Source of the DNA: Fibrobacterales bacterium
Lineage (GTDB): Bacteria > Fibrobacterota > Fibrobacteria > Fibrobacterales > CADBQJ01
Length of the DNA stretch: 64,000 nt
NCBI GenBank assembly: GCA_017650365.1
Contig: JAGCEZ010000055.1
Location: forward strand, 7,453-71,452
Direction: 5' to 3'
The notes below the pieces were generated by a model. The model worked only from the letters and a program-made list of their open reading frames with translations, searched no databases and had not been told where the DNA came from. The translations under genes were made by a program, and so were the position numbers. Below, piece by piece: positions 26,830 through 37,049 of this stretch (the stretch's first letter is position 1; every line of letters starts with the position of its first letter).

Positions 26830-28613
26830 GCGGCCTCCTGCAGCTTCAGAAGGCACTTGCGGCCCTCGGTCTCCACCTTGCCCACGCGGCCGGCGCCCTC
26901 CCACGACACGGTCCAGCCGCGGCGTTCGAGCACCTCCACCGCCTCGCGCAGCGGCCATCCGACGAGGTCGCCGGGGACGGCGGGCCGCCTGTCGCAGCTC
27001 GTCCTCCCGCAGGGGACCGCCTTCGCGCGCTCGCCCTCGGGAATCCCCTCCGCGACCCTGTCCTCCAGCGCGAACGGCGTTCCGCCGAGCTCGGGGGAGA
27101 AGCGGATGCGCTCCATGATGTTCCTGAAGATCGGACCGGCGGCGCGGCCGCCCACGGTCGAGACCTTCGGCTCGTCCACCATCGCGTAGACGACGAGCTC
27201 GGGATTGTCCACGGGGAACATCCCGACGAAGCTCGCGACGTTCAGGTCGCGCCGCTTCACGCCGTCCACGTACTTCTCCGCGGTGCCGGTCTTGCCCGCC
27301 GCCGGGAAGCGCGGGTCGTGCAGGTTGCCCGCCGTGCCGCCCTTCGCGACCACGCCGGCCATCATCGTCCGCAGGCGCGCGGCGGTCTCCGAGGAGATCA
27401 CCCGGCGGCGCGCCTCGGGCTCGGCCTTCGACAGCGTCTCGCCCGTCGCCCCGTCGCGGATCTCGCGCACCAGGCGGGGCTCCATCAGCTTCCCGCCGTT
27501 GGCGATCGCGCCGTAGGCCAGCGCCACCTGCAGGGGCGTCACCATGAACTCGTGCCCGAACGCGATCGTCGGGAGCGAGACGCCGCTCCAGTCCTTCACG
27601 TTGCGGAGCTGGCCGCGTTCCTCGCCGCGCAGCGGGACGCCCGTGGCCATCCCGACGCCGAACATCGTCAGGTACTTGTAGAGCTTCCTGCTCCCGATCC
27701 GCTCCGACAGCTGCGCGAAGGCGACGTTCGAGGACTGCGCGATCGCCTCGGCGAAGGAGATGCGCCCCATCTTGTGCGAGTCGCGGATGCAGTTGCCGTA
27801 GATCCTGTAGCAGCCGCTGCTGACGTCGAAGGTGTCCTTTTCGGAGACGAGGTTCTCCTCGAGCGCGACGGCCGCGGTCAGCCCCTTGGCCACCGAGCCG
27901 GGCTCGTAGGTCATCGCGATCGCGTCGTTGCGCAGCCGCTCGGGCGTGGTCGATTCCGGGTTGTCGGGGTCGAAGCCGGGATAGCTCGCCATCGCCAGGA
28001 TCTCGCCGGTGTAGGGCTGCAGCACGATCGCCACGCCGCGGCTCGCGCCCATCGCCTCCACGCCGTCGCGAAGCGCGCCCTCGGCGATCGCCTGAATCCG
28101 GCGGTCGATCGTCAGCACGACGTCGCGCCCGGGGACGGGCAGCTTCTCGCCGTCCTCCACGAGGTCCACCTCGCGGCCGCGCGCGTCCTTGCGCCAGTCG
28201 CGCCAGCCGTCCACGCCGCGCAGCGAGTCGTTGAACATCTGCTCCAGCCCGCTCGTCCCCACGCCGTCGCGGTTGACGTTGCCCAGCACCACCGCGCCCA
28301 CCGACTGCCACGGATGGATGCGGCGCATCTCGCGCGCCGTCCGCTTCCCGTTCGCGCCGCCGGCCCGGAAGGAGTACTCCGCGTTCCCGGCGAGCAGCTC
28401 GCCGTTGCGGTCCAGGAGCCGGCCGCGGCTCGCCCGCAGGACCTCGCGCTTGCTCATCCCGCTCTCCACCATGGCGCGGTAGCGGCTCCCCTGCACCACC
28501 TGGATCCGGAACGCCTGCGCGAGGAAGAGGCCGAGCACGGCGAACATCGCGGCCATCGCCATCGTCAGGCGGGCGTCGCGTCCGAGCGCGGGGAGAAGGG
28601 AGACGCTCTTCAT
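26826..28613 (-). CDS. ftsI: Class B penicillin-binding protein FtsI/PBP3 with C-terminal PASTA-like domain
   Basis: SVAK (SxxK), SSN and KTGTAE motifs. C-terminal ..VPGDLVGWPLREAVEVLERRGWTVSWEG.. ATGA overlap with the ftsL stop. Confidence 0.9.
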   Translation of the reverse strand: MKSVSLLPALGRDARLTMAMAAMFAVLGLFLAQAFRIQVVQGSRYRAMVESGMSKREVLRASRGRLLDRNGELLAGNAEYSFRAGGANGKRTAREMRRIHPWQSVGAVVLGNVNRDGVGTSGLEQMFNDSLRGVDGWRDWRKDARGREVDLVEDGEKLPVPGRDVVLTIDRRIQAIAEGALRDGVEAMGASRGVAIVLQPYTGEILAMASYPGFDPDNPESTTPERLRNDAIAMTYEPGSVAKGLTAAVALEENLVSEKDTFDVSSGCYRIYGNCIRDSHKMGRISFAEAIAQSSNVAFAQLSERIGSRKLYKYLTMFGVGMATGVPLRGEERGQLRNVKDWSGVSLPTIAFGHEFMVTPLQVALAYGAIANGGKLMEPRLVREIRDGATGETLSKAEPEARRRVISSETAARLRTMMAGVVAKGGTAGNLHDPRFPAAGKTGTAEKYVDGVKRRDLNVASFVGMFPVDNPELVVYAMVDEPKVSTVGGRAAGPIFRNIMERIRFSPELGGTPFALEDRVAEGIPEGERAKAVPCGRTSCDRRPAVPGDLVGWPLREAVEVLERRGWTVSWEGAGRVGKVETEGRKCLLKLQEAA

Positions 28614-28891
28614 CTCGCGGCCTCCCCGATGTTCACCGGAAGCTCGAGGTAGTCCAGCCCGAACCGTTCGCGCCCGGCCTTCTCCACGGAATCCCGGCTG
28701 AGGAAGGCCTTCGCGCCGCGGTCGAGCACCGCCAGGCGGTTGCGCAGCAGCTCCGATTCGGCGCGGAGCTCGCGCTGGTCCCGCAGCGCGTCGGTGTAGC
28801 CGACCTGCAGGGCGACGCGCGCGCTGAGGAGCACGCTCGTCGCCACGACGAGCGCCACGAACGCGAGAAGCGCCTGGATCTGCCTGTTCAT
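28610..28891 (-). CDS. ftsL: FtsL-like small bitopic division protein
   Basis: 93 aa: MNRQIQALLAFVALVVATSVLLSA (TM) followed by a Leu/Arg-rich helix. Canonical position between rsmH and ftsI. ATGA overlap with the rsmH stop. The longer track ORF (to 29056) overlaps rsmH. Confidence 0.6.
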   Translation of the reverse strand: MNRQIQALLAFVALVVATSVLLSARVALQVGYTDALRDQRELRAESELLRNRLAVLDRGAKAFLSRDSVEKAGRERFGLDYLELPVNIGEAAR

Positions 28892-29805
28892 AGCTTTTCG
28901 CACGCCCTCAGCTTGGCCGAACGCGAACGCGGGTTCGACCGTTGTTCCTCTTCCGACGGGACGACCGGACGGCGGGTCAGGACCTTCGCCGTCGCGCGGT
29001 TCCCGCCGCACCTGCACACCGGGAGGCCGGGAGGGCAGACGCAATCCTTCGCCCACTCCGCCATCGCCTGCTTCACGCAGCGGTCCTCCACGCTGTGGTA
29101 GCTCATCACCACGAGCCGCCCGCCCCTGCGCAGCAGCGAGCGCGCGGCCTCGAGACCGCTCCGCAGCTGCCCGATCTCGTCGTTCACCTCGATGCGGAGC
29201 GCCTGGAGGATCCGCGCCGCGGCGTCGTCCGCGCGTCCGCGCGCGACCGACCGCGCCGCCTCGAGCACGCTCTCCATCCGCAGCTCGCCGTCGCGCTCCA
29301 CGGCCGCGAAGAGGATCCGCGCCGCGCGCGCCGCGGGCCTCAGGTCGGCGTTGCGGACCAGGGCGTCCTTCAGTTCCCTTTCGCCGACGCGCGCGATCCA
29401 GCGCGCCGCGTCCTCGCCCGCGCTCTGGTCCATCCGCAGGTCCGCCTTCTCGCTCCTGCGGAACGAGAACCCGCGCGAGGGCTCGTCCACCTGGTGGGAG
29501 GAGATCCCGAGGTCCATCAGCACGCCGTCCGCGGATTCCGGCTCGAGCACCGAGGCCATCTCGCCGAAGGGAAGGCGGTGCGCCGTCCAGCGCGGGTCGT
29601 CGCCGATGCGCGCCGTGGCGGCCGCGATCGCGTCAGGGTCGCGGTCGAACGAATCCAGGCGCCCGTCCGGACCCAGTCTGCCGAGGATCGCCGAAGAGTG
29701 GCCGCCGCCGCCGAGGGTGCAGTCCACGTAGCGTCCGGAGGGGCCGATCGCCAGCCACTCCATGCATTCGTCGAGCATTACGGGAAGATGGTAGCCGCTA
29801 TTCAT
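28888..29805 (-). CDS. rsmH: 16S rRNA m4C1402 methyltransferase RsmH
   Basis: MNSGYHLPVMLDECMEWL..YVDCTLGGGGHS..; 8-nt overlap with the mraZ 3' end. Confidence 0.93.
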   Translation of the reverse strand: MNSGYHLPVMLDECMEWLAIGPSGRYVDCTLGGGGHSSAILGRLGPDGRLDSFDRDPDAIAAATARIGDDPRWTAHRLPFGEMASVLEPESADGVLMDLGISSHQVDEPSRGFSFRRSEKADLRMDQSAGEDAARWIARVGERELKDALVRNADLRPAARAARILFAAVERDGELRMESVLEAARSVARGRADDAAARILQALRIEVNDEIGQLRSGLEAARSLLRRGGRLVVMSYHSVEDRCVKQAMAEWAKDCVCPPGLPVCRCGGNRATAKVLTRRPVVPSEEEQRSNPRSRSAKLRACEKL

Positions 29806-30271
29806 CCTCTCCTTCCCGCTGACGCAACGCCATCATCGCGTCGTCAAATTCCTTGTGGTCGGCATCGGAGTCGCCGGAGACGAGCTTCGCGAAGCGTTCC
29901 GGATTGCAGAGGACGACGGTGTCCAGCATTCCGGCGAAGACCACGGTGGACTCGATGCGAGCCCACTGCAGAAGTTCTCGGGAGAGGGTGATTCGGTTCT
30001 GGCTATCGAGGATGCTTGGTCTGGCGGTCGCGATCATTTTCTTGACGGCCGCGATTTCGGTTTCGGTCCGCGCGCGCTTCAGGAGCGCGCGGCTCCGCGT
30101 CGCCCAAAGTCCCATCGGGTAGAGCTCGAGCTCACCGTTCTGGGAAATCGCGACGACGACCTGGTTTTCGTGCTTTGGGTCCAAGCACTTGCGGAGTTCG
30201 CGCGGGAAGCTGCAGCGCAGCTTCTCGTCTACCTTCGCCTGACTGTTGCCTTGAAAGAAGTCCAGCAACAT
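29798..30271 (-). CDS. mraZ: Transcriptional regulator MraZ
   Basis: 157 aa with two DxxxR motifs (VDEKLR, LDSQNR). First gene of the dcw cluster. Confidence 0.88.
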   Translation of the reverse strand: MLLDFFQGNSQAKVDEKLRCSFPRELRKCLDPKHENQVVVAISQNGELELYPMGLWATRSRALLKRARTETEIAAVKKMIATARPSILDSQNRITLSRELLQWARIESTVVFAGMLDTVVLCNPERFAKLVSGDSDADHKEFDDAMMALRQREGEDE

Positions 30272-30292
30272 GTCCTATCTACCTCGATACTA

Positions 30293-30338
30293 CCCACAAT
30301 ACACCACTACTCCCAAAATATAACCACAGTTCCCCACC
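30293..30338 (-). promoter_or_regulatory. Array of 10-bp-phased GTGG direct repeats (putative MraZ boxes) flanking the mraZ -7 box
   Basis: Minus strand reads GTGGGGAACT GTGGTTATAT TTTGGGAGTA GTGGTGTATT GTGGGTAGTA. On the plus strand, CCAC occurs at 30294, 30304, 30324 and 30334, and the middle unit is replaced by TATATTTT (30322-30315). The array lies 22-67 nt upstream of the mraZ ATG. Confidence 0.6.
30315..30322 (-). promoter_or_regulatory. -7 box TATATTTT for mraZ/dcw operon
   Basis: Minus-strand TATATTTT, 43 nt upstream of the mraZ ATG, embedded in the GTGG repeat array. Confidence 0.45.
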
Positions 30339-30427
30339 ATCGACCGAAAAAATTCCCCCGCCGGCGAAAAAGCCTCGTCAGCCGGCGTCTCGTTGAACAT
30401 TTGTGCAGTGGTTTCGGAGCCGTAGAT

Positions 30428-30458
30428 ATGAAAAGGCCCCTTCCAAGCGGAAGGGGCC
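30428..30458 (-). terminator. Intrinsic terminator downstream of PFOR
   Basis: Minus strand: GGCCCCTTCC-gctt-GGAAGGGGCC-TTTTCAT. Perfect 10-bp stem (30435-30444 / 30449-30458) followed by a U-run, 25 nt after the PFOR stop. Confidence 0.8.
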
Positions 30459-30482
30459 TTCGGTTCCGTTCTCCGGAGCGGT

Positions 30483-33400
30483 CTAGACCGCGCCGCCCTT
30501 GGCCATGTTTTCGTAGAACGCGTAGCGCGCGTCCACTTCGGCCTGGAGCTCGTCGGCGAGCTTCTTGGCCACCTCGGGGTTGGAGCGGGTCAGCCGCTTG
30601 TAGCGGTTTTCCGTGTAGATGTATTCCGCCACGGGGATCGTGGGCTTCTTGCTGTCGAGGACAAGCGGGGCCTTGCCTTCGGCGGCGAGAGCCGGATTGT
30701 AGCGGAGCAGCGGCCAGTAGCCGGAATCGACCGCCATCTTCTGGTGGGCGAGCTGGCTGTTCAGGTCGAAGCCGTGGTTGATGCACGGGCAGTAGGCGAT
30801 GATCAGCGAAGGACCGTGGTGCGCCTCGGCTTCCTGGAACGTCTTGAGCGCCTGCGCGTCGTTGGCGCCGATCGCCACGCGGCCGACGTAGACGTTCTTG
30901 TAGCTCATGGCGATCAGCCCGAGGTCCTTCTTGCCCGCCCGCTTGCCGGCGCTCGCGAAGAGCGCGACCGCGCCGCGGTTGGTCGCCTTGGAGGCCTGCC
31001 CGCCGGTGTTCGAGTAGACTTCGGTGTCGAGCACGAGGATGTTCACGTCCTCGCCGGTCGCCATCACGTGGTCCAGCCCGCCGTAGCCGATGTCGTAGGC
31101 CCAGCCGTCGCCGCCCATAATCCAGACCGACTTCTTCACCAGGTAGTCGGCGTACTCGTCGCGCAGCGCGGCGGCCTTTTCGCAGTCGGCGCCCTTCAGG
31201 GCCTCCTTCAGCTTCGCGACGTTCTCGCGCTGGGCCTGGATGCCCGCTTCGTCGTCCTGGCTCTGGGTCTTGAGGGCTTCCACGAGGTCGGCCGGGAGCT
31301 TCTCGGCGCATTCGTCGAGAAGCGAGAGGGCCTGCGTCGCGTGCTTCGTGATCGCGAGGCGCATGCCCAGGCCGAACTCGGCGTTGTCTTCGAAGAGGCT
31401 GTTCGCCCAGGCCGGGCCGCGGCCCGCGCGGTCCTTCGCCCACGGGGTGGTGGGGAGGTTGCCGCCGTAGATCGAGGAGCAGCCGGTGGCGTTGGCGACC
31501 ACCATGCGGTCGCCGAAGAGCTGGCTCACCAGGCGCACGTAGGCGGTTTCGCCGCAGCCCGCGCACGAGCCGGAGAACTCGAACAGCGGTTCCAGCAGCA
31601 TCGCCTGCTTCACCACGTTCTTGTTCACCTTGGTGCGGTCGAACTCGGGCAGGTCGACGAAGAAGTCCCAGCACTTGCCTTCGCGGACCTTGATCGGTTC
31701 CTGCGGCACCATGTTGATCGCCTTCTTCTCCGGATCGGCCTTGTCCTTGCCGATGCAGGCCTGCGTGCAGACGCCGCAGCCGGTGCAGTCGTAGCTGGAG
31801 ACGGAGAGGACGAACGCGGGCTTGTCGGAGCCCTCGAGCTTGAAGCCCTTGGCGGGCGCGCTCTTGAAGCCCTCGGGGGCCTTCGCGAGGAGCGATTCGT
31901 CCACGACCTTCACGCGGATCGCCGCGTGCGGGCAGACCATCGCGCACTTGCCGCACTGGACGCAGGCGTCGGGGTTCCAGCTCGGGATCGCCAGCGCGAG
32001 GTCGCGCTTTTCGAACTTCGTCGTCCCGGTCGGGAAGACGCCGTCCACCGGCATCTTGGAGACGGGGAGCTTCTCGCCGTTGCCGCGGATGATCTCCGCG
32101 GTCACTTCGTTCACGAAGGCCGGGGCGTCGCCGTGGATCGGGGCGCGGAACTCCTCCTTGCTCGTGACGGCCGCGGGGACCTTCACCTCGTGGAGGTTGG
32201 CGAGCGAGGCGTCGATCGCGTCCCAGTTCTTCTGGACCACTTCCTGGCCCTTCTTCGCGTAGGTCTTCTCGGCGTACTTCTTGATGTACTTGATCGCGGT
32301 CTCCGCGTCGAGCACGTTGCCGAGCTTGCTGAAGAAGCAGGTCTGCATCACGGTGTTGATGCGGCGGCCCATGCCGGTCTTCTCGGCGACGGCGTAGGCG
32401 TCGATCACGAAGACCTTGAGCTGCTTTTCGACCATCGCGGCCTGCACCGGGCGGGGGAAGGTGTCCCAGACCGTCTCGGCGGAGTGCGGCGTGTTGATCA
32501 GCACGGTCGCGCCCTTCTTCGCGTACTTCAGCATGTCCACCGAGCCCAGGTGGGGCGTGTGGTGGATCGCCACGAAGTCGGCTTCGTTCTCGCCGATCAG
32601 GTAGGGGGCGTCGATGACGCTCTTGCCGAAGCGGAGGTGCGAGGTGGTCATCGAGCCGGACTTCTTCGAGTCGTACACGAAGTAGCCCTGCGCGTAGTTC
32701 TCGGTCTCGTTGCCGAGGATCTTGATGGAGTTCTTGTTCGCGCCGACGGTGCCGTCGGAGCCCAGGCCGAAGAACATGGCCTGGAAGAAGTCGCTCTCCA
32801 GCTTGAAGGAGGGGTCGACGGTCAGGCTGGTGCCGCAGACGTCGTCGTCGATGCCGACGGTGAAGCGGGACTTCGGAGCGTCCTTGGAGAGCTCGTCGAA
32901 GATCGCCTTGACCATCGCCGGGGTGAACTCCTTGGAGGAGAGGCCGTAGCGGCCGCCGATCATCTTCGGCATGGCCATGGCGCCGGACATCACGGCTTCG
33001 GAGACGGCGGTCAGCGCGTCCTGGAAGAGGGGTTCGCCGGCGGAGCCCGGTTCCTTCACGCGGTCGAGGACGGCGATCTTCTTCACCGTCTTCGGGAGCG
33101 CGGCCACGAAGGCCTCCATCGGGAAGGGGCGGTAGAGGCGGACGTTGACGAGGCCGACCTTTTCGCCCTTGGAGTTCAGGTACTTGACCGTGTCGCCGAT
33201 GGTGCAGGTCGAGGAGCCCATCGAGACGATCACGCGGTCGGCGTCCGGAGCGCCGACGTAGTCGACGATGTGGAACTGGCGGCCGGTGAAGCCGGCGACC
33301 TTGTCCATGTACTTCTGGACGATCCCGGGGACCTTCGCGTAGAAGGGGTTGACCGTCTCGCGGCCCTGGAAGTAGACGTCCGGGTTCTGCGCGGTGCCGC

Positions 33401-34046
33401 GCATGGTCGGGCGGTCGGGGGTCATCGCGCGTTCGCGGCAGGCCTTGACGTACTTGTCGTCGATCACGTCGCGGATGACGTTGTCGTCGAGCGCCTCGAT
33501 CTTCATCACCTCGTGCGAGGTGCGGAAGCCGTCGAAGAAGTGCATGAAGGGGACGCGGCTTTCGAGCGTGGCGGCGTGGGCCACGAGGGCGAGGTCCTGG
33601 CACTCCTGCACCGAGGAGGAGGCGAGCATCGCGAAGCCGGTCTGGCGGCAGGCCATCACGTCGGAGTGGTCGCCGAAGATGGAGAGGCCCTGCATGGCCA
33701 GGGCGCGGGCGGTGACGTGGAAGACCGTGGGGGTCAGCTCGCCGGCGATCTTGTACATGTTCGGGATCATCAGGAGCAGGCCCTGGGAGGCCGTGAAGGT
33801 CGTGGTGAGGGCCCCGGCCTGCAGCGCGCCGTGGACGGTGCCGGCGGCGCCGCCTTCGGACTGCATTTCGAACACGCGCGGCACCTGGCCCCAGATGTTC
33901 TTCTGCCCCGCGGCGCTCCAGTCGTCGGAGTGCTCCGCCATCGGGCTGGAGGGGGTGATGGGGTAGATGGCGATGACTTCGCTGAGCTTATGGGCGACGC
34001 GGGCCGTGGCCTCGTTGCCGTCCATGGCGACCATTTTCTTGGACAT
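30483..34046 (-). CDS. nifJ: Pyruvate:ferredoxin (flavodoxin) oxidoreductase, single-polypeptide NifJ/YdbK type
   Basis: 1187 aa. [38 protein letters not shown].., two 4Fe-4S motifs ([25 protein letters not shown]), TPP region [16 protein letters not shown]. Confidence 0.96.
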   Translation of the reverse strand: MSKKMVAMDGNEATARVAHKLSEVIAIYPITPSSPMAEHSDDWSAAGQKNIWGQVPRVFEMQSEGGAAGTVHGALQAGALTTTFTASQGLLLMIPNMYKIAGELTPTVFHVTARALAMQGLSIFGDHSDVMACRQTGFAMLASSSVQECQDLALVAHAATLESRVPFMHFFDGFRTSHEVMKIEALDDNVIRDVIDDKYVKACRERAMTPDRPTMRGTAQNPDVYFQGRETVNPFYAKVPGIVQKYMDKVAGFTGRQFHIVDYVGAPDADRVIVSMGSSTCTIGDTVKYLNSKGEKVGLVNVRLYRPFPMEAFVAALPKTVKKIAVLDRVKEPGSAGEPLFQDALTAVSEAVMSGAMAMPKMIGGRYGLSSKEFTPAMVKAIFDELSKDAPKSRFTVGIDDDVCGTSLTVDPSFKLESDFFQAMFFGLGSDGTVGANKNSIKILGNETENYAQGYFVYDSKKSGSMTTSHLRFGKSVIDAPYLIGENEADFVAIHHTPHLGSVDMLKYAKKGATVLINTPHSAETVWDTFPRPVQAAMVEKQLKVFVIDAYAVAEKTGMGRRINTVMQTCFFSKLGNVLDAETAIKYIKKYAEKTYAKKGQEVVQKNWDAIDASLANLHEVKVPAAVTSKEEFRAPIHGDAPAFVNEVTAEIIRGNGEKLPVSKMPVDGVFPTGTTKFEKRDLALAIPSWNPDACVQCGKCAMVCPHAAIRVKVVDESLLAKAPEGFKSAPAKGFKLEGSDKPAFVLSVSSYDCTGCGVCTQACIGKDKADPEKKAINMVPQEPIKVREGKCWDFFVDLPEFDRTKVNKNVVKQAMLLEPLFEFSGSCAGCGETAYVRLVSQLFGDRMVVANATGCSSIYGGNLPTTPWAKDRAGRGPAWANSLFEDNAEFGLGMRLAITKHATQALSLLDECAEKLPADLVEALKTQSQDDEAGIQAQRENVAKLKEALKGADCEKAAALRDEYADYLVKKSVWIMGGDGWAYDIGYGGLDHVMATGEDVNILVLDTEVYSNTGGQASKATNRGAVALFASAGKRAGKKDLGLIAMSYKNVYVGRVAIGANDAQALKTFQEAEAHHGPSLIIAYCPCINHGFDLNSQLAHQKMAVDSGYWPLLRYNPALAAEGKAPLVLDSKKPTIPVAEYIYTENRYKRLTRSNPEVAKKLADELQAEVDARYAFYENMAKGGAV

Positions 34047-34114
34047 AATCTCTCCGGAAGACGTGAACCGGGAACGTCCGGCGGACGGAGGGCCCGCAGG
34101 GCGTTTGGACTGCC

Positions 34115-34122
34115 GAAATCTA
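34115..34122 (-). promoter_or_regulatory. -7 box TAGATTTC for PFOR
   Basis: Minus-strand TTAGATTTCGG, 68 nt upstream of ATG 34046. Same octamer as upstream of both GH18 genes. Confidence 0.5.
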
Positions 34123-34197
34123 ATTTTTCCTCTTCCCGGGAACCCGCCCTCCCCCGACTTTTGCGATTTTCCCCTAGTTTTTCCCTCGTTTCCCGAG

Positions 34198-34205
34198 TAT
34201 CTTTA
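34198..34205 (+). promoter_or_regulatory. Candidate -7 box TATCTTTA for the nuo operon
   Basis: 53 nt before the nuoA ATG. An alternative TAGTTTTT lies at 34175-34182. Confidence 0.35.
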
Positions 34206-34258
34206 TTCTAAAATTGCGCCCGACATTGGCAAATGGCCTTTTCCCGACCGGAAGGTTT

Positions 34259-34642
34259 ATGTCTTCTTACGCGATTTTGGCATTTTTCCTCTTTCTGGGA
34301 GCCGTGCTCGCGTGGGGAGCCATGCTCACGGGCCACCTCCTCTCCCCCAAAACGCCCCGAACCCCCTTCCAGCGGGAAGCCTACGAGTGCGGAAACTCCA
34401 CGATCGGCCCCACCCGCGTCCGCTTCCGCGTCGGCTACGTCTTCTTCGCGCTGCTCTTCCTGGTCTTCGACATCGAGACCCTCCTGCTCTTCCCCGCCGT
34501 CTCCGCGCTCTCCGCGTCGCTCCGCGGCGAAGAGACCGGGATCGCCCCCCTGCTGGCCGCGGGCGAGGTGCTGCTCTTCGTCGCCGTCCTCTCGTTCGGG
34601 CTCGTCTGGGCCTGGCGGAAAGGAGCCCTGAAATGGGACTGA
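34259..34642 (+). CDS. nuoA: NADH-quinone oxidoreductase subunit A
   Basis: [38 protein letters not shown] 34259 is preceded by GGAAGG. The track ORF starts at an upstream TTG. Confidence 0.85.
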   Translation: MSSYAILAFFLFLGAVLAWGAMLTGHLLSPKTPRTPFQREAYECGNSTIGPTRVRFRVGYVFFALLFLVFDIETLLLFPAVSALSASLRGEETGIAPLLAAGEVLLFVAVLSFGLVWAWRKGALKWD

Positions 34643-35898
34643 TGGAGAACGTGCCGAAGGTCCTCGACCCGCTTCCCGGCGGAAGCCGCCTGGCCGACGC
34701 CGTGGACTACGTGGTCAACTGGGCCCGCTCCCGCTCCATCTGGCCGCTCACCTTCGGCACCTCCTGCTGCGCGATCGAGATGATGGCCGCCTCCATGGCC
34801 CGCTACGACATCTCCCGGTTCGGCTCCGAGGTCTTCCGCGCCTCCCCGCGCCAGGCCGACCTCTTCATCGTGGCCGGGACGATCGTGGAGAAGATGGCCG
34901 AGCCGCTGGTCCGCCTCTACGAGCAGATGCCCGGCCCGAAGTGGGTCATCGCGATGGGCTCCTGCACGATCTCCGGCGGCCCTTTTTATTATGACAACTA
35001 CTCCGTCGTGAAGGGCGTCGACCGGCTGATCCCGGTCGACGTCTTCGTTCCCGGCTGCCCGCCCCGCCCCGAAGCGCTGCTGAACGGGCTGGTCCTCCTG
35101 CAGGAGAAGATCCGGAAGGAGACGCTCCGGAACCCCCGCCGCCCGGGCGAACCGCTCTCCGCGCCCGCCGAGGACCGCTGGGCCAGGGCCAAGGAGGCCT
35201 GGGAGGAGCTCGAGCGGATCAAGGACGAGCAGATGGCGGAGGCCCGCGCGAAGTTCGCGGCCGAGCACCCGGACTACAAGCCCCCGAAGCCGCCGCGCGC
35301 GGAGAAGCCCGCCTTCCCCGAGGTCGCGCGCGAACCCGCGCCGCACGCCGGCTGGAACGCCCGCGCGGTCGCCGATGCCGTCCACGCCCGCTTCCCCGAA
35401 CTGAAGCTCTTCCGGCTGGGCGACGTCGCGCCCGAAGTCCTGGAGGCGCGGCCCGCGGACTGGATCCCCTCGTTCGAGGTCCCGTCCGGAAAGCTGCTCG
35501 AAGTCGCGCGCTGGCTCAAGGACGGCGAGCTGAAGATGGACTTCCCGCTCCTCCTCACCTCGGTGGACCGCCTGGACCGCTTCGAGCTCGTGGCGCAGCT
35601 GATGAACTCGAGCACGTCGGCGCGCGTGGAGCTCCGCGTCCCGGTCGAGAAGATCTTCCCCGAAGGCGGAAGCTACGCCGCCGGGGAGAAGAACCAGAAG
35701 TACGGCGCGACGGCCCCGTCGCTCGTCCCCGTCTGGCCCGGCATGGGCTGGCACGAACGCGAGATCTACGACCTGATGGGGATCCGCTTCGAGGGGAACC
35801 CCGACATGCGCCGCATCTTCCTGGAGGAGGATTTCCCCGGACATCCCCTCCGCAAGGACTTCGACATGCCCGGACGGGCGATCCCGAGGCACGCATGA
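34633..35898 (+). CDS. nuoBC: Fused NuoB-NuoC subunit with an about 78-aa charged/Pro-rich linker
   Basis: NuoB part: [34 protein letters not shown] (N2 cluster Cys residues). Linker approx 35119-35352. NuoC part: ..[46 protein letters not shown]. One uninterrupted frame of 421 aa. Confidence 0.88.
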   Translation: MGLMENVPKVLDPLPGGSRLADAVDYVVNWARSRSIWPLTFGTSCCAIEMMAASMARYDISRFGSEVFRASPRQADLFIVAGTIVEKMAEPLVRLYEQMPGPKWVIAMGSCTISGGPFYYDNYSVVKGVDRLIPVDVFVPGCPPRPEALLNGLVLLQEKIRKETLRNPRRPGEPLSAPAEDRWARAKEAWEELERIKDEQMAEARAKFAAEHPDYKPPKPPRAEKPAFPEVAREPAPHAGWNARAVADAVHARFPELKLFRLGDVAPEVLEARPADWIPSFEVPSGKLLEVARWLKDGELKMDFPLLLTSVDRLDRFELVAQLMNSSTSARVELRVPVEKIFPEGGSYAAGEKNQKYGATAPSLVPVWPGMGWHEREIYDLMGIRFEGNPDMRRIFLEEDFPGHPLRKDFDMPGRAIPRHA

Positions 35899-37049
35899 CC
35901 GCGCGGACGCGACAGACCCTCCCCCCGGGCTTCCTGCTTCCCGTCCGCGACGGGGAGACCGACGAGTTCTACCTCAACCTCGGCCCGCAGCACCCCTCCA
36001 CGCACGGCGCGCTGCGCGTCGTGGTCCGGCTCGACGGCGAGACGATCCGCGAAGTGGTTCCGCGCCTCGGCTACATCCACCGCGGGATCGAGTACCAGGC
36101 CGAGCGCGACAACGTCCTGCAGTTCGTCCACTTCGCCGACCGGTTCGACTACCTCACCGCGCTCCAGAACGAGCACGCCGTCTGCCTGGCGGCCGAGAAG
36201 GCGCTGGGGATCGGCGTCCCCGAACGGGGCGAATGGATCCGCGTCGTCGCGGACGAGCTGACCCGCATCTCCTCGCACCTGATCTTCCTCGGCTCCTTCG
36301 GCACCGACCTCGGCGGCACGACGACGTTCCTCTACGCCTTCAAGATGCGCGAAGCCGTCACGCAGCTCTTCGACGAGCTCTGCGGCGCGCGGCTGACGAC
36401 GAACTTCCTGCGCCCCGGCGGCTGCGCGCGCGACCTGCCCGAAGGCTTCGTCCAGAAGACGCGGGCGGCGCTCGAAACGGTGAAGCGCGGCATGGACGAG
36501 TGGGACGTCTTCCTCTCGGGCAACGTGATCTTCCAGGAGCGGACGCGCGGCGTCGGGATCCTCCCCGCGGACCGCGCGGTCGCGCTCGGCTGCTCGGGCC
36601 CCGTGCTCCGCGGCTCCGGCGTGGAGTTCGACCTGCGGAAGAAGGAGCCCTATTCCCTCTACTCCAAGTTCGACTTCGACGTCCCCGTCGGGAGCGTCGG
36701 CGACTGCTGGGACCGCTACGCCGTGCGCGTCGAGGAGATCCGGCAGAGCGCGCGCATCCTCGAACAGGCGCTCGACGACGTTCCCGAAGGGCCGTGGCGC
36801 TCGAAGGAGAAGGTCTCCTGGCGCCTGGACGAGGGCTCCTGGTGGAGCGAGGTCGAGACCGCCAAGGGGATCCTGGGCGTCCAGCTCGAATCGCAGGGGA
36901 AGAGCGACAAGCCCTGGCGGATCAAGGTCCGCTCGCCGAGCTTCTCCAACCTCATGGCGCTCGACGAGATGTGCCGCGGACAGAAGGTCGCCGACCTCGT
37001 CGCGATCCTCGGGTCGATCGACCCCGTCATTCCGGAGGTGGACCGGTGA
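35895..37049 (+). CDS. nuoD: NADH-quinone oxidoreductase subunit D
   Basis: ..[25 protein letters not shown].. ATGA overlap with the nuoBC stop. Confidence 0.93.
   Translation: MTARTRQTLPPGFLLPVRDGETDEFYLNLGPQHPSTHGALRVVVRLDGETIREVVPRLGYIHRGIEYQAERDNVLQFVHFADRFDYLTALQNEHAVCLAAEKALGIGVPERGEWIRVVADELTRISSHLIFLGSFGTDLGGTTTFLYAFKMREAVTQLFDELCGARLTTNFLRPGGCARDLPEGFVQKTRAALETVKRGMDEWDVFLSGNVIFQERTRGVGILPADRAVALGCSGPVLRGSGVEFDLRKKEPYSLYSKFDFDVPVGSVGDCWDRYAVRVEEIRQSARILEQALDDVPEGPWRSKEKVSWRLDEGSWWSEVETAKGILGVQLESQGKSDKPWRIKVRSPSFSNLMALDEMCRGQKVADLVAILGSIDPVIPEVDR

Noticed and set aside
30307-34211. ORFs 30307..33603 (-, 1098 aa) and 30744..34211 (+, 1155 aa)
   Set aside because: Alternative-frame and antisense shadows of the 1187-aa PFOR gene.
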